64,000 bases of DNA from an uncultured Chthonomonadaceae bacterium (GTDB lineage: Bacteria; Armatimonadota; Chthonomonadetes; Chthonomonadales; Chthonomonadaceae): positions 1,280,001 to 1,344,000 of the forward strand of contig CAWFQB010000001.1 of NCBI GenBank assembly GCA_963817895.1, given 5' to 3'. The stretch's first letter is position 1, and every line of letters starts with the position of its first letter. A program made the position numbers and the translations under genes. This document shows positions 22,149-32,932 of this stretch, in pieces. The notes under the pieces are model-generated. The model saw only the letters and a program-made list of their open reading frames with translations, was not told the DNA's origin and made no database searches.

Positions 22149-24344
22149 TTACCTTGCTTCATACAGATAGTTGAAGCGTCCATTGGGAGCCGCATCGCCG
22201 CTGAGGGTGAATTCCATGATCTCGCCGTCGCGCTGTATGTTATCCGCCCACTTGAACTGCAGGCGCAGCGGCTTTCCGGGGCGCAATCTCAGGTCGGCGC
22301 GGCGGATTGCGATTTCTATTTCGTTGCCGCTCACCCGGTAACGAACTTTTGCTTTTGGCTTCCAGTTCCAGCCACTCGTACTCGTTTCCAGTACGCTTGT
22401 TGTGTCGTTCTCGACGCGACGGTTTACAACAAAGTTGTAGCCTTCCCACCCGAGGCGCGAATCGCCTTTGGTGTTGATAAACAGCAGCATCCAATGTGGA
22501 TCGGTGTGGCGAGTTATTGGCGCGTGGGTACGGGCGTAGAAGTACACGTACTCTTTATCGCGCGCCACTTTGAGCGCCACGAAGTCGTTGCGGCCTGTTG
22601 TGTTGGTGTAATGCGCCACATGGTTCCAGCCGGCATGGTCACGCCAGGCGGTGTCGCCAATGTCATCGCGATATTCGGGCTGCACACTCTTCCAGGCGGC
22701 GAAATCGCCGTTGAAGGAGATGGTCTGCATGGGGCTTGCGGCGGGCGGCTTGTGGACGCCCTTGTAGCGGCGAATGAAAGCGGCCATCTGGTAGTAGTAG
22801 GCATCGCCGTGTCCGCCGCGCATAGGTTCAATGTCGCGGCTGCGCTCCTGATTGAATTCGTCCACGAACAGCACAGGCGCTTTCACCCCGGCAAACTCCC
22901 CGAAGCGTCCGGCTATCCATTCATTCCAGCCCGTGATAAAGATAAATTGCGGGTCTTGCTTCAGGGCAAACTCGAACTGCTCGGCAAAATTCAATCCCTG
23001 ATTGACAATATCGGGGCGGGAGTCGTTCGCGCCTCCATGCCAACTGCGGCCACGCGCTCCGGCCTCGCTTAATGAGCCGACACGCTTGCCCACCGCGTTC
23101 TGGGCGACTCCTACCGACATCTGTTCCTTTGCCCCCTGCGCATTATGAAAGACGTGTTGGGGATACACTTCCAGCCAGCTCCATTGATTGGGCGCGGTCG
23201 GCCCCTCAAAGTAGGAGGGCTGCGGCTTGCGGAACGTGAAGAAATCCTTCAGGCGTGGGCCTTTCTCACCTAACACGCCGATGCGCAACGTTCGATCCCC
23301 GCCTATCGCCATGCCGTTTATAAACGCCTGACCGGGCGCATACACGTCCTTGCTGTCGCTCCACCAGCCGATTGTGCCCGCCCCCTCCGACATTTCCAGA
23401 TAGTAGGTTCCCGGCGGCAGGGGATGCGCAAATCGCAAAGACAGCCAGGCGTTGTCGGCAATGTCGGTAAAGCGCTGATGAGCGAGTGGCTTACCTCCCA
23501 CGTTGCCCTGATAGAGCGTCAGCGTCATGGCGGCATGGGGCGTAGCCCAGTTGGGAAAGCGTCCGCCAACGGCATCAAAGGATTTCGTTGTGGTGAAGGA
23601 TTGACCGAGCGTTTGATGCGGCAGCAGGCGTACCGGCGTGTCCTGCTCCACATTGCCTTCGCCCTCCTCCAGCAGCGCAGGATCGGCCAGCAGAAGCGGC
23701 TTGCCCTGCCAGCGGAACCACAGGTCGGAATGGAGGCCAGGCGCGTACAGGTCGTGGAACAGTTCCCGCGCCACTTTGCCGGGATCGCCAAAAGGACATA
23801 GAAAGGCGACCTGCGGCGTCCTGCCTCCCTCTTTGCGAACCTGCGCAAACACGTCGAGGAGCGCCTTATAGTAGGAAGAATAGGTAAGCTGGTTGGTGAC
23901 ATCGAAGATGATGACATCCACGCCCGCGTCGGCCAGCATTTGCGCGTGTTTGCGCAATACCCAGGCATCGTCCGTCTGGTAGTAGCCGAACAGCGGCTCG
24001 CCCCAGTGATGCGGCGCAAGGAGTGGTCCCCACAGCGGATCGTCGCCATGCTGCATGGCGTCGGGATGTTGGGCGAGGATGCGGGAAATGTCATACGGCC
24101 CGCCGTTGATGTATGCCCCCAGCCACAGGAAGTAGAACAGGCCGACATAACGGTCTTTGCGGGGCGGACCGGCCTGCGCCGACGTGGGCAGCGACCGGCC
24201 CAAGGCATCTGTCGCCGTCCAGGTATCGGCAAAGGTGTCCCATGCAGGCATATAGGAGGGCGGAGAGGCCGGCAACACTTGCGTCCATCCCGTACGCTGT
24301 AGACACAGCAGAAACAGAATCAGGTATATTCTTAAAGACAGCAT
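22149..24344 (-). CDS. Secreted GH99/GH71-like glycoside hydrolase with an inserted beta domain
   Basis: Signal peptide at ATG 24344, VGLFYFLW, HHWGEPLFGYY, KHAQMLADAGVD, FITGWNEW. Confidence 0.7.
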   Translation of the reverse strand: MLSLRIYLILFLLCLQRTGWTQVLPASPPSYMPAWDTFADTWTATDALGRSLPTSAQAGPPRKDRYVGLFYFLWLGAYINGGPYDISRILAQHPDAMQHGDDPLWGPLLAPHHWGEPLFGYYQTDDAWVLRKHAQMLADAGVDVIIFDVTNQLTYSSYYKALLDVFAQVRKEGGRTPQVAFLCPFGDPGKVARELFHDLYAPGLHSDLWFRWQGKPLLLADPALLEEGEGNVEQDTPVRLLPHQTLGQSFTTTKSFDAVGGRFPNWATPHAAMTLTLYQGNVGGKPLAHQRFTDIADNAWLSLRFAHPLPPGTYYLEMSEGAGTIGWWSDSKDVYAPGQAFINGMAIGGDRTLRIGVLGEKGPRLKDFFTFRKPQPSYFEGPTAPNQWSWLEVYPQHVFHNAQGAKEQMSVGVAQNAVGKRVGSLSEAGARGRSWHGGANDSRPDIVNQGLNFAEQFEFALKQDPQFIFITGWNEWIAGRFGEFAGVKAPVLFVDEFNQERSRDIEPMRGGHGDAYYYQMAAFIRRYKGVHKPPAASPMQTISFNGDFAAWKSVQPEYRDDIGDTAWRDHAGWNHVAHYTNTTGRNDFVALKVARDKEYVYFYARTHAPITRHTDPHWMLLFINTKGDSRLGWEGYNFVVNRRVENDTTSVLETSTSGWNWKPKAKVRYRVSGNEIEIAIRRADLRLRPGKPLRLQFKWADNIQRDGEIMEFTLSGDAAPNGRFNYLYEAR

Positions 24345-24482
24345 ACGGCAATATTCGCTTTCATCGCCGCGCCTTCCTGCTGTACACAGCAACGTATCGC
24401 GATTCTGTCGTGACTTTAGTTTCCGGTAAGTCTCTTGTTGAGGGCCGTTTGTGAGACTGGGGTGGCAGCCATAGCAGAGCGA

Positions 24483-25489
24483 ATGGAGGAGAACATGCAG
24501 GGAGAGGGCGAGGCCAGAAAAGAGGGCGCAAAACCTGACGTCCCCACGAAGAGGAAGTTGCTGCAATGTCTGGGCGGGCGATGGCCCCGGCGCGGCCCGC
24601 TGGCATCGGTTGTCGAGTGGTCCGAGCAGAGGGATGGGTATCGCCTGGAGCGGATCACCTATCTGGCAGAACCCGGCGAACGTGTTGCTGCTTACCTGCT
24701 CCTTCCCGACACCGCCTCCAGAGGCCGGCCCCTGCCGGGAGTGTGCGTGTGGCATCAGCACAATGGCGCTTACGAGGTCGGCAAGGACGAGCCGGCGGGA
24801 CTAAAGGGCAATCCCATGCACCACACCGGGGTCGCGTTCGCCCGGGAAGGCTACGTCGTCCTCTGTCCCGATGCGGCAGGTTTCGGCGAACGTAACCGGC
24901 GGGGCAGGCTGAACGGACGGCATCTGGAACACTATCTGTTCGGGATGTACGTCGCTGAAGGGAAGTGCCTGGCCTGGAAGAACATACGGGATATGCGTCG
25001 GGCAGTGGACCTGATTGCGAGCCGTCCCGAAGTGGACGCCAACCGGTTAGGCTGTTATGGTCACTCTATGGGTTCGACGCATACATGGCTGGTGGGGCCG
25101 TGGGAGCCTCGACTGAAAGCCCTTGTGGGCAACTGCTGTATGCCGACCTACGCTGCTATGGAGCGTACGGACCTGATTCACTGCTTTCCCAACTACATCC
25201 CCGGCTGGCGCAAGTACGGCGACATTCCCAACATCGCGGGGATGATCGCTCCCGCGCGCTGCACCTCAACTTCGGAACTGAGGACAGTGGCAGCCCCATC
25301 GAGGAGGTGAAGGCCGGCGTGGAAACCATTCGCCGCGCCTTTCAAGCGAAGGGGGCTGAAGACCAATTCACCTGCTACATCGAGGCGGGTTCCGGCCATG
25401 TTCTGAGCGAGGAGATGTGGTGCCGCGTCAAAGCCCACTTCGCCACGCATCTTCAAGGGACGGGCGCAAGCCGACGAGAAGGCGAATAG
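24483..25489 (+). CDS. Alpha/beta hydrolase (dienelactone hydrolase / acetyl esterase-like); apparent frameshift at ~25250
   Basis: CVWHQH, DAAGFGER, GHSMG nucleophile elbow. The C-terminus (GTEDSG..GHV) is in ORF 24965..25489. Confidence 0.82.
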
Positions 25490-25506
25490 GGAAATCTGTA
25501 GGAATA

Positions 25507-26286
25507 TCATTCACCGAGACGCGCATCCGCGCTGATCGGGAAATGATCGGACGGATAGCGCCCTTTCGCATTGTCGCGCAGGATATGAGCCTCCACAACC
25601 TCAAACTCGCGGGAGGCAAAGATGAAGTCTATCCTTTCGCCGTTCATATCTCCTGTGAAGTTGTGAAAGGTTCCCTGATTCTTCGCCACAGGATGAAGAA
25701 GACGGAAGGTATCTCGAAGCGAGGGCGCGCCCTCGTACATTCTTCGCAAAGCCGGGTTGTCTTCCTCCATGTTGAAATCCCCTGTAAGAAGAACCGGCTG
25801 AGAAACATTCCGACTGCCGATATGTTCCAGCACAAGGCGAACACTCTGTTCGCGGGCAAACTGCGACTCATGATCCATGTGAACATTATAAACTGCGAAA
25901 GCATGGCCCGACTTTGCCAGGAGGCGTACCCAGGAGCAGATACGCGGATGCGCCGGTGTCCAGTGGCGGGAACCGGGGCATTCCGGGGTTTCCGAAAACC
26001 AGAAGGTGTCTTCCTCGGCGGCTTGAAATTTGTCCTGGAGAAAGAAGACGGCACAGTGTTCCCCTGCGAACTTGCCGTCATCGCGTCCCACTCCCACACG
26101 GGCGTACTCCGGCAGCGTCTGAGCCAGATACTCCACTTGCGGCAAATAGGCCTCTTGCGTCGCCAGTATATCCGGTTGGTATCGGCGAATGACCTCACGG
26201 AGCAATTCGCGCCGTTGTTCCCAACCGTTGGCCCCGTCATTGGCGCGCATATTGCGAATGTTGAAGCTCATGATCCGTAGTTTCAT
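25507..26286 (-). CDS. Endonuclease/exonuclease/phosphatase family protein
   Basis: MSFNIR, TQE, NVHMDH, LTGDFN, IDFIF, PSDHFP. Confidence 0.92.
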   Translation of the reverse strand: MKLRIMSFNIRNMRANDGANGWEQRRELLREVIRRYQPDILATQEAYLPQVEYLAQTLPEYARVGVGRDDGKFAGEHCAVFFLQDKFQAAEEDTFWFSETPECPGSRHWTPAHPRICSWVRLLAKSGHAFAVYNVHMDHESQFAREQSVRLVLEHIGSRNVSQPVLLTGDFNMEEDNPALRRMYEGAPSLRDTFRLLHPVAKNQGTFHNFTGDMNGERIDFIFASREFEVVEAHILRDNAKGRYPSDHFPISADARLGE

Positions 26287-26629
26287 TGCGGCTCCACAGC
26301 CCTCCCGTTTTTAATACTGGCCTACGCTCTGCATGGAGCATGCAGTTCTTGACAATATGGCGAGATTCCTCCCCCTTGCCATTTACAAGTCATACCGTCT
26401 GACGGATGTTGGTGGCGAGGTAATTGAGAAGATTTCGGCCTGGTTCAGCCAGCACTCCTAAATGGAAAAAAGAAAAAAGAAAAAGGGTATGTAGAGACAG
26501 CGTCGAAATATTGGCAATGCATCGCTTTCAGCCCGGTGTCTCGTTGTGTCAGGTTTTTAAGCAGAGGCGTCGTTACCTCCGAAGGGTTAAGGGGACCGAG
26601 TATATAAAAGCATTATCTCCGGTATTATC

Positions 26630-26975
26630 TTTCTGCGCGAGGAAGAACCGCCAATCAAAGACCAGAACGCAGCGCGTTTTGAGCAGGAGGCCTGCGCCGT
26701 CGCCGCTTCCTGGGCGCTCAACAGCGCGCGATGGGACCTGGAAGCGGCCTTGAAGCAGGAAGAGCAGTGGGGAATTGCCGGAACCAGAGCGCATTTTGTC
26801 GCGTCTCAGCATGTTCCTCGACACAGCGCGAAACGTCAATCAGATGCCGGCTTTGTGTGAAACCTTTGCAAAGCTCCTGACTCAACTGCAAAACCGATGG
26901 CCCGAATCCACCCTGCTGCCCCTCTATCCCGCGTTTCGAACCGACGTATCGGCATGCGTTTCTGCTGGATTATGA
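26630..26975 (+). pseudogene. Possible degraded gene fragment
   Basis: Protein-like segments in different frames, ending ...LQNRWPESTLLPLYPAFR; no clear start. Confidence 0.25.
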
Positions 26976-27099
26976 AGGGGACGACCTGCCTCAAACATCG
27001 GCTCAGATCGGCCTGCGCGCATGGCGTGGAGATCAAAGAGATTCAGGTCTGAGAAACCGTCCCCTGAAACCTTCACATACTTCACGAAAAGGATTGCGG

Positions 27100-27879
27100 A
27101 TGCTGACTCAAGACCCACAACTTGTCCCTGCGGATATACTGGTTCGCTACCTTGCCACCTTTCAGCGTTTTCTAACGGCCACCATTGCGTATAACCGCAC
27201 AGGGGATAAAGCAGGAATGCTGCTCGTTGGTCACCTGGCGGGAAAGTTACGTAACGTCCCTGAAATGCTCTGGCATTATGATGATTACTATCGTAGTCCT
27301 GCGATGGTGAGTCGTTGGGTAGGGGAAACGGCAGGAGGCATACGGGCAGTGGGCGCGCCTGAACGTCTGGTACAGGATTGCGAACGTATCTTCTCTACAG
27401 AGGACGGAGCGACAGATTTAGGATTGCGCAAGAACCTTGCTGACATAGACCTCGCGCCGCTTCCAGACATGCGGGAGTACCTGGACTTACTTTATCATGC
27501 CTGCCTATCCATGATGCGGATGACCACTCACGGTACGCGCCCCTCTTTGATGCGGCGGGTCGTGGATAAAATTTTCAGCGTTTACCATGACAAAAGAACG
27601 TTCAGGTATTATTGGCGCAGTGTTAAACCGTGGCAGGGACTGGAACGCGCCTGGACTGCCAAAGCCCAGGCAGACGCGGATGCCAACAGGAGGATTGCGG
27701 AGATACTCCTGCCTGTGCCGCAAGGGTTAGCGCAATGGTCGAACTTTGACGAGGATAGATTCCGAAATACGGTATGTGAAACTGCCCAGAGCGCGTCCGA
27801 ACTGGAGCGATTACTGTGGAGCGGTTTTCTCAACGGTTGGACCTCTGAGCGAAACTACTGGACGAGCCTGGGAGAGTAA
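27100..27879 (+). CDS. Hypothetical protein
   Basis: ~260-aa ORF with AAGGA upstream; no recognised motif. Confidence 0.55.
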   Translation: MLTQDPQLVPADILVRYLATFQRFLTATIAYNRTGDKAGMLLVGHLAGKLRNVPEMLWHYDDYYRSPAMVSRWVGETAGGIRAVGAPERLVQDCERIFSTEDGATDLGLRKNLADIDLAPLPDMREYLDLLYHACLSMMRMTTHGTRPSLMRRVVDKIFSVYHDKRTFRYYWRSVKPWQGLERAWTAKAQADADANRRIAEILLPVPQGLAQWSNFDEDRFRNTVCETAQSASELERLLWSGFLNGWTSERNYWTSLGE

Positions 27880-28014
27880 CTCTGATGCAGAACTCCAATG
27901 CCGGCCCACGCAAGAGCAATGGAAGGGAATTGGCATACCAGCAGAGAATAGAGAGCAAGGTCTGCGGCAATGAACCTGTCCATGCCATTAAAACTGCGCG
28001 AGAGGAAAAACACT

Positions 28015-28911
28015 ATGACGAACAAAGATCATGAAAAACAGGGGCCAGCGTCGAACGACCTGTCACGGCGCGACCTGGTCGCGTTATCGGTGGCGGCGGG
28101 GCTTGCCGCCGCGACAGGAGCGGCAGGGGCCGCAGGGTTGCCGGTTGTGGAGGCGGATGTCGAGGTCAAAACGCCGGACGGCATGTGCGAGGCCGCTTTT
28201 ATTCATCCCTCAACCGGTTCTCATCCCGGCGTGTTGATCTGGCCGGACGCCTTTGGCCTTCGCCCCGCTGTACGCGCAATGGGCAGGCGCCTTGCCGCAG
28301 ACGGTTACTCGGTACTGATACCCAACCCCTACTATCGCAGCGCCAAAATCTCTGAACTGAATCTCAACACCGCAACGTTCAGTTTTCAGAATGAGGCCGA
28401 CATGTCCCGGCTGAGAAAGCTGATGGGCGGGATCAGCGCGCCGGGGGCGGCGGAACAGGACGCGACGGCGTTCATCGCTTTCCTCGACGCGCAGAAGCCC
28501 GTTAATACCAGAAAGAGGGTCGGTACACAGGGCTATTGTATGGGAGGCCCGCTCGTTTTTAAGACCGCTGCCGCTGTACCTAATCGGGTTGGAGCCGTCG
28601 CGTCTTTTCATGGCGGCGGCCTCGTCACGGACCAGCCGAGCAGCCCGCACCTGCTTATCCCAAAGATGAAAGCCCGTTTCTACATCGGCATCGCGTCCAA
28701 CGACGATATGCGCCAGCCCGATGCGAAAGATAAGTTGCGAGAAGCCTTTGCTGCCGCCAAACTCCCGGCGGAGGTTGAGGTTTACGAGAGCCTGCACGGG
28801 TGGTGTATGCCGGACATGCCGGCTTCGGGCGGGAAGCCTATCTACAACAAAGAGGACGCCGAGCGCGCCTGGGGCAAGTTGCTGGCGCTGTATAAAAAAG
28901 CTCTGGTCTGA
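28015..28911 (+). CDS. Dienelactone hydrolase family protein with a Tat-like signal
   Basis: SRRDLVAL leader, PDAFGLRP, GYCMGG, SFHGG, HGW. Confidence 0.92.
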   Translation: MTNKDHEKQGPASNDLSRRDLVALSVAAGLAAATGAAGAAGLPVVEADVEVKTPDGMCEAAFIHPSTGSHPGVLIWPDAFGLRPAVRAMGRRLAADGYSVLIPNPYYRSAKISELNLNTATFSFQNEADMSRLRKLMGGISAPGAAEQDATAFIAFLDAQKPVNTRKRVGTQGYCMGGPLVFKTAAAVPNRVGAVASFHGGGLVTDQPSSPHLLIPKMKARFYIGIASNDDMRQPDAKDKLREAFAAAKLPAEVEVYESLHGWCMPDMPASGGKPIYNKEDAERAWGKLLALYKKALV

Positions 28912-28973
28912 CCGGTAACAACAGCCTCCGTATTCAGACACGTCACAGCAAAAATTCAGCAGGAGTCGGAAAG

Positions 28974-29813
28974 ATGGCACAGCGTCATATCTTGTGCATC
29001 GGGGCGCACCCGGATGACAATGAGTTCAGCGTGGGAGGCACGGCGGCAAAATGCCGACTGCGCGGAGACGCTGTGCGCTTCGTTTCCGTCACCAACGGCA
29101 ACAAAGGCCATTTCGCGCCGGAGTATATCGCCGATCCTGCCGCTCTGGCGCAACGACGGCTGGTGGAGGCGCAAAATGCCGCAACGGTGATCGGCGCGGA
29201 CTATAGGACGCTGGAGGTTCCTGACGGCGAAGTGTATGTCACGCAAGCCTTAACGGAAGCGCTGGTTCGATGTATTCGGGCGTTTGGCGAACCGGGGCAG
29301 GGGCCGGACCTTGTGCTATTCAATCGGCCTCTGGACTATCATCGCGATCACCGTTATACCGCGCAGGCGATACTGGACGCCACCTATATGCTGACCGTTC
29401 CGATGATGTGTCCGAATACGCGGCATCTGGATCGCATGCCCGTCTTCGCCTACTGGTATGACGATTTCCGCGATACCGTTCCTTTCCGCGCCGATATTGC
29501 CGTTCCCATTGACGATGTAATGGAACAGAAAATAGACATGGTAGCCGCGCACGTTTCGCAGGTCTTCGAGTGGCTGCCGTACAATGCCGGACGATTGGAG
29601 CAGACGCCGCCCGCAACCGATGCCGCCGCCCGTCAAAACCTGATAGCCGAGCAAATGCAGGCGCGTGGGGCGCATCGGCGGGAAGCCACCCGCGAAACGA
29701 TAGAGAAATGGTTCGGCGCTTGCCCGGCGCGTTATGTGGAGGCATTTCAGATTTGCGAGTACGGGCGCGTTCCTGATGATGAGGAACTCCGTTCGCTCTT
29801 CCCAATGCTCTAA
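28974..29813 (+). CDS. PIG-L/LmbE family deacetylase
   Basis: GAHPDD, TNGNKG, DYHRDH, AHVSQ. Confidence 0.92.
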   Translation: MAQRHILCIGAHPDDNEFSVGGTAAKCRLRGDAVRFVSVTNGNKGHFAPEYIADPAALAQRRLVEAQNAATVIGADYRTLEVPDGEVYVTQALTEALVRCIRAFGEPGQGPDLVLFNRPLDYHRDHRYTAQAILDATYMLTVPMMCPNTRHLDRMPVFAYWYDDFRDTVPFRADIAVPIDDVMEQKIDMVAAHVSQVFEWLPYNAGRLEQTPPATDAAARQNLIAEQMQARGAHRREATRETIEKWFGACPARYVEAFQICEYGRVPDDEELRSLFPML

Positions 29814-29840
29814 AAATAGCAGGCAAGGTAAGGAGATAGC

Positions 29841-31463
29841 GTGGACTACGATGTGCTGATTACGGGCGGGCGAGTGGTAGATGGCACGGGCAATCCGTGG
29901 TTTTATGCGGATGTTGCCCTGCGCAACGACCGCATCGCCTGCCTTGCGCCCCGTGGCCGTCTGTCCCGCAGCGCGGCGCGGGAAGTGGTTGACGCGGAGG
30001 GGATGGTGGTCTGTCCCGGCTTCATTGACATTCAGAGCCATTCCATCGGCCCGTTCATGTCGGACCGGCGTTCGCTGTCGAAGGTGACGCAGGGGGTCAC
30101 GACGGAGATCATGGGCGAACTCTGGACGCCCGCGCCGTTCGGAGGGCAACGCCACTCCGCCTTTGCCGACATCGGCGTGAGTGAGGAAGCGGAAGCGCTT
30201 GGCAAAGGCTGGACGCGCTTTGGAGACTGGCTGGCGTATCTGGAAGCGCAGGGCGTTGCCGTGAATTTCGGCTCTTTTGTGGGTGGGGCGACGGTGCGCG
30301 AGTACGCCAAAGGCTGGGACAGCGGCGACCCGACAGCAGCAGAATTGGACACCATGCGGCGCATCATGGCGGAGGCGATGGAGGACGGCGCGTTCGGCAT
30401 CGCCACCGCGCTGATCTATCCGCCGAATGCCTACTCGCCGGACAGCGAACTGATTGCAATGGCGCGGGTCGTTGGCGAATACGGCGGGCTGTACATCACG
30501 CACATCCGTTCCGAGGGCGATGAACTGCTGGAAAGCATTGACGACACCATCCATCTGGCCCGCGAGTCGCAGGCGCCGGTGGAAATCTACCACCTCAAAG
30601 CGACCGGCCCGCGCAACTGGCCCAAAATCCCCGAAGTCATTGCCCGCATCAACGCAGCCCGCGCAGAAGGCATTGACATTGCGGCGGACATGTACCCGTA
30701 TCCGGCCAGCGGCACGGGCCTGGATACCCTGATTCCCTACTGGGTCTTTGAAGGCGACCGGCTCTTTGCCAACCTGCGCGATCCTGCTGTTCGGGCGCGT
30801 ATCCGCAGGGAAATGGACGCAGGCGAACTCGACGGCCTCAACCCGGCGCGGGGCCGTACCGCCGAGATGATTATGCCGGTAGGATTTTACAAACCCGAAA
30901 ATCAACTGTATAAAGGGAAGCGTCTCAGCGAGATTGCGGCCATGCGCGGACAGGATGGTCTGGAAGCGGCACTGGATTTGCTCGTATCCGAAGAGCAGGA
31001 AATCGGAACCATCTTCTTTTCCATGAGCGAAGACAACGTGCGCCTGCAATTGCAGCAGCCCTGGATCAAAATCAGCAGCGACGCCGGCGGTCTTGATCCG
31101 GCAAAGGCCACGACGCCCACGCACCCACGGGCTTACGGAACGTTTACGCGCGTTCTGGGCCATTATGTGCGCGACGAGGCCGTGCTGTCGCTGGAAGAAG
31201 CGATTCGCAAAATGACTTCCGCAGTGGCGAACAGCCTGGGATTATGGGAACGGGGACTTCTGCGCCCCCACGCGTTTGCCGATGTCGTCGTCTTCGATCC
31301 CCTCACCGTCAGCGACCGGGCTACATTTGCGGATCCCCATCAGCTTTCCGTCGGTATTCGGGATGTGTGGGTCAACGGACGGCGGGTAGTGCAGGCGGGA
31401 CAACATACAGGACAACTGCCGGGCCGCGCGCTGTATGGGGCGGGAACAAAAAACCGCTCGTAA
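29841..31463 (+). CDS. N-acyl-D-amino-acid deacylase (amidohydrolase)
   Basis: VDGTG, PGFIDIQSHS, THIRSE, HPRAYGTF, ADVVVFDP. Confidence 0.92.
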   Translation: MDYDVLITGGRVVDGTGNPWFYADVALRNDRIACLAPRGRLSRSAAREVVDAEGMVVCPGFIDIQSHSIGPFMSDRRSLSKVTQGVTTEIMGELWTPAPFGGQRHSAFADIGVSEEAEALGKGWTRFGDWLAYLEAQGVAVNFGSFVGGATVREYAKGWDSGDPTAAELDTMRRIMAEAMEDGAFGIATALIYPPNAYSPDSELIAMARVVGEYGGLYITHIRSEGDELLESIDDTIHLARESQAPVEIYHLKATGPRNWPKIPEVIARINAARAEGIDIAADMYPYPASGTGLDTLIPYWVFEGDRLFANLRDPAVRARIRREMDAGELDGLNPARGRTAEMIMPVGFYKPENQLYKGKRLSEIAAMRGQDGLEAALDLLVSEEQEIGTIFFSMSEDNVRLQLQQPWIKISSDAGGLDPAKATTPTHPRAYGTFTRVLGHYVRDEAVLSLEEAIRKMTSAVANSLGLWERGLLRPHAFADVVVFDPLTVSDRATFADPHQLSVGIRDVWVNGRRVVQAGQHTGQLPGRALYGAGTKNRS

Positions 31464-31602
31464 CAGGACGCAGACATGAACTTACAGGTGATTCTGTACA
31501 CGCCCGTCGTGGAAACCAATAGCTCAACAGTCAGGTTGCGTCTGAAGGTTGCGCCAGAATGAATTTCTGAGCCACCTGTCAGGTGAATTAATGCTGTAGC
31601 TA

Positions 31603-32739
31603 CCTGATGGACTAATCAGTTAAACATGGTACATAGCACTGGAAAGTTGTGCTGTTCCAGAAGCGAGCAAGGAAATTCTGCTGTCTTCAAGTAGGTTTCG
31701 AACTCTTCAGCTAAAACGGCAAGCGTCGCACATTGATGGTTGTGTCCGACCGCTTTTCTGGCGGCTTTCCAGACATGTTCCTGCGGGTTCAACTCCGGGC
31801 AACCGGGTGGAAACCACAGGACTTCCAAGCGCGGGTTCGCTTCCAGAACCGCGCAACCGCTTCGCCTTTGTGCCAGGGAGCGCGATCCCATAACAGCAGA
31901 AGAGGTAAGTTCGGGTAGGCGTCGAGCAACTTCTGCAAGAACAAGGCGGATACCTCGCTGTTCATCAAGGCGGAGCGCAACAGGGTTTCCTTGCCGGTTG
32001 CCATATTGAGTGCTCCGTAGAAGTGCGTGTTGTCCCGACTGGCACTTACGGGCACAACCGGCGTGTGGCCTTTCTTGGCCCACACGCGCATCAAGGTGGC
32101 TTGCAGGTACGCGCTGGCTTCGTTGCCCGCGAGTAAGATCGTCTTGGGCGCGTTTAACGCCACATCGAGGATTTTTTTTCCAGGTGTTCCTCGAATTCCA
32201 TGAGCTTGGTCGCGTTGTGGCTCTTATATTGTTTCTCAGGACGCTGGTAGCTCATCTCGCAGGTACGCAGCAGGGTGCGTAAGGACGTCCGGCTCTGGTA
32301 TACAACGTTGTAGTCACGGGCTAAGAGGGTGACAAGATCGGAGACACTCCAAAACTGCCCGTCCCCCTGGCATTTCTCCTTGCCCAACAACTGAGTGGGA
32401 GTGTAGCGATGCAACTGGTTCTGCAAGGCTTCGAGTTGTTCGCCCGATAGACGCGCCCGGTTGCCGCCGCGTCGGGCATCCACGAGCGCGGTGAGGCCGT
32501 GTTCCTGATAGGCGCGTGTCCAGCAGAATAGGCGAGTACGGCTACACCCGCAGATGTCTTGGATTTCGGCAACAGAGTAGCCCAAGCCATACAGACGAAC
32601 AGCTTGGTAGCGGCTTTTAGTGTTAGCATCCTTGCAATGCAGGTATGCAGCGTTCAATGCGTTGGCGTCGGCTTCATTGAGGTGAAAAGTTCGTTGGCTC
32701 ATACCTCAGTGTACCATGTTTAACTGATTTGTCCATGAG
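31603..32739 (-). mobile_element. IS630-family insertion sequence, probably inactive
   Basis: HTH ORF 32154..32702, A8 slippery run at 32172-32179, and DDE part (WDRAPWH, PELNPQEHVW). TIR core ATGGAC(T/A)AATCAGTTAAACATGGTACA at both ends, with TA flanks at 31601-31602 and 32740-32741. Confidence 0.9.
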
Positions 32740-32932
32740 TAGGGTGAACTACTCAAAAATATTTTCACACTCCTGTATTTTTAGCAGGAAGTCATACCAT
32801 GATTGTTGAATTGTTATTCTACGAATACATCCAACCACACGGGTATGTTCAACAACTCGGATTTGTCGGTTGGCGTAGATAGGTAATGCGAATGGCCGTT
32901 CTCGTGACGTACGCTCCTGATTGGTCGTGTTT

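Noticed and set aside
29316..31163. 615-aa minus-strand ORF
   Set aside because: Antisense shadow of the deacetylase and D-aminoacylase genes; no motifs.
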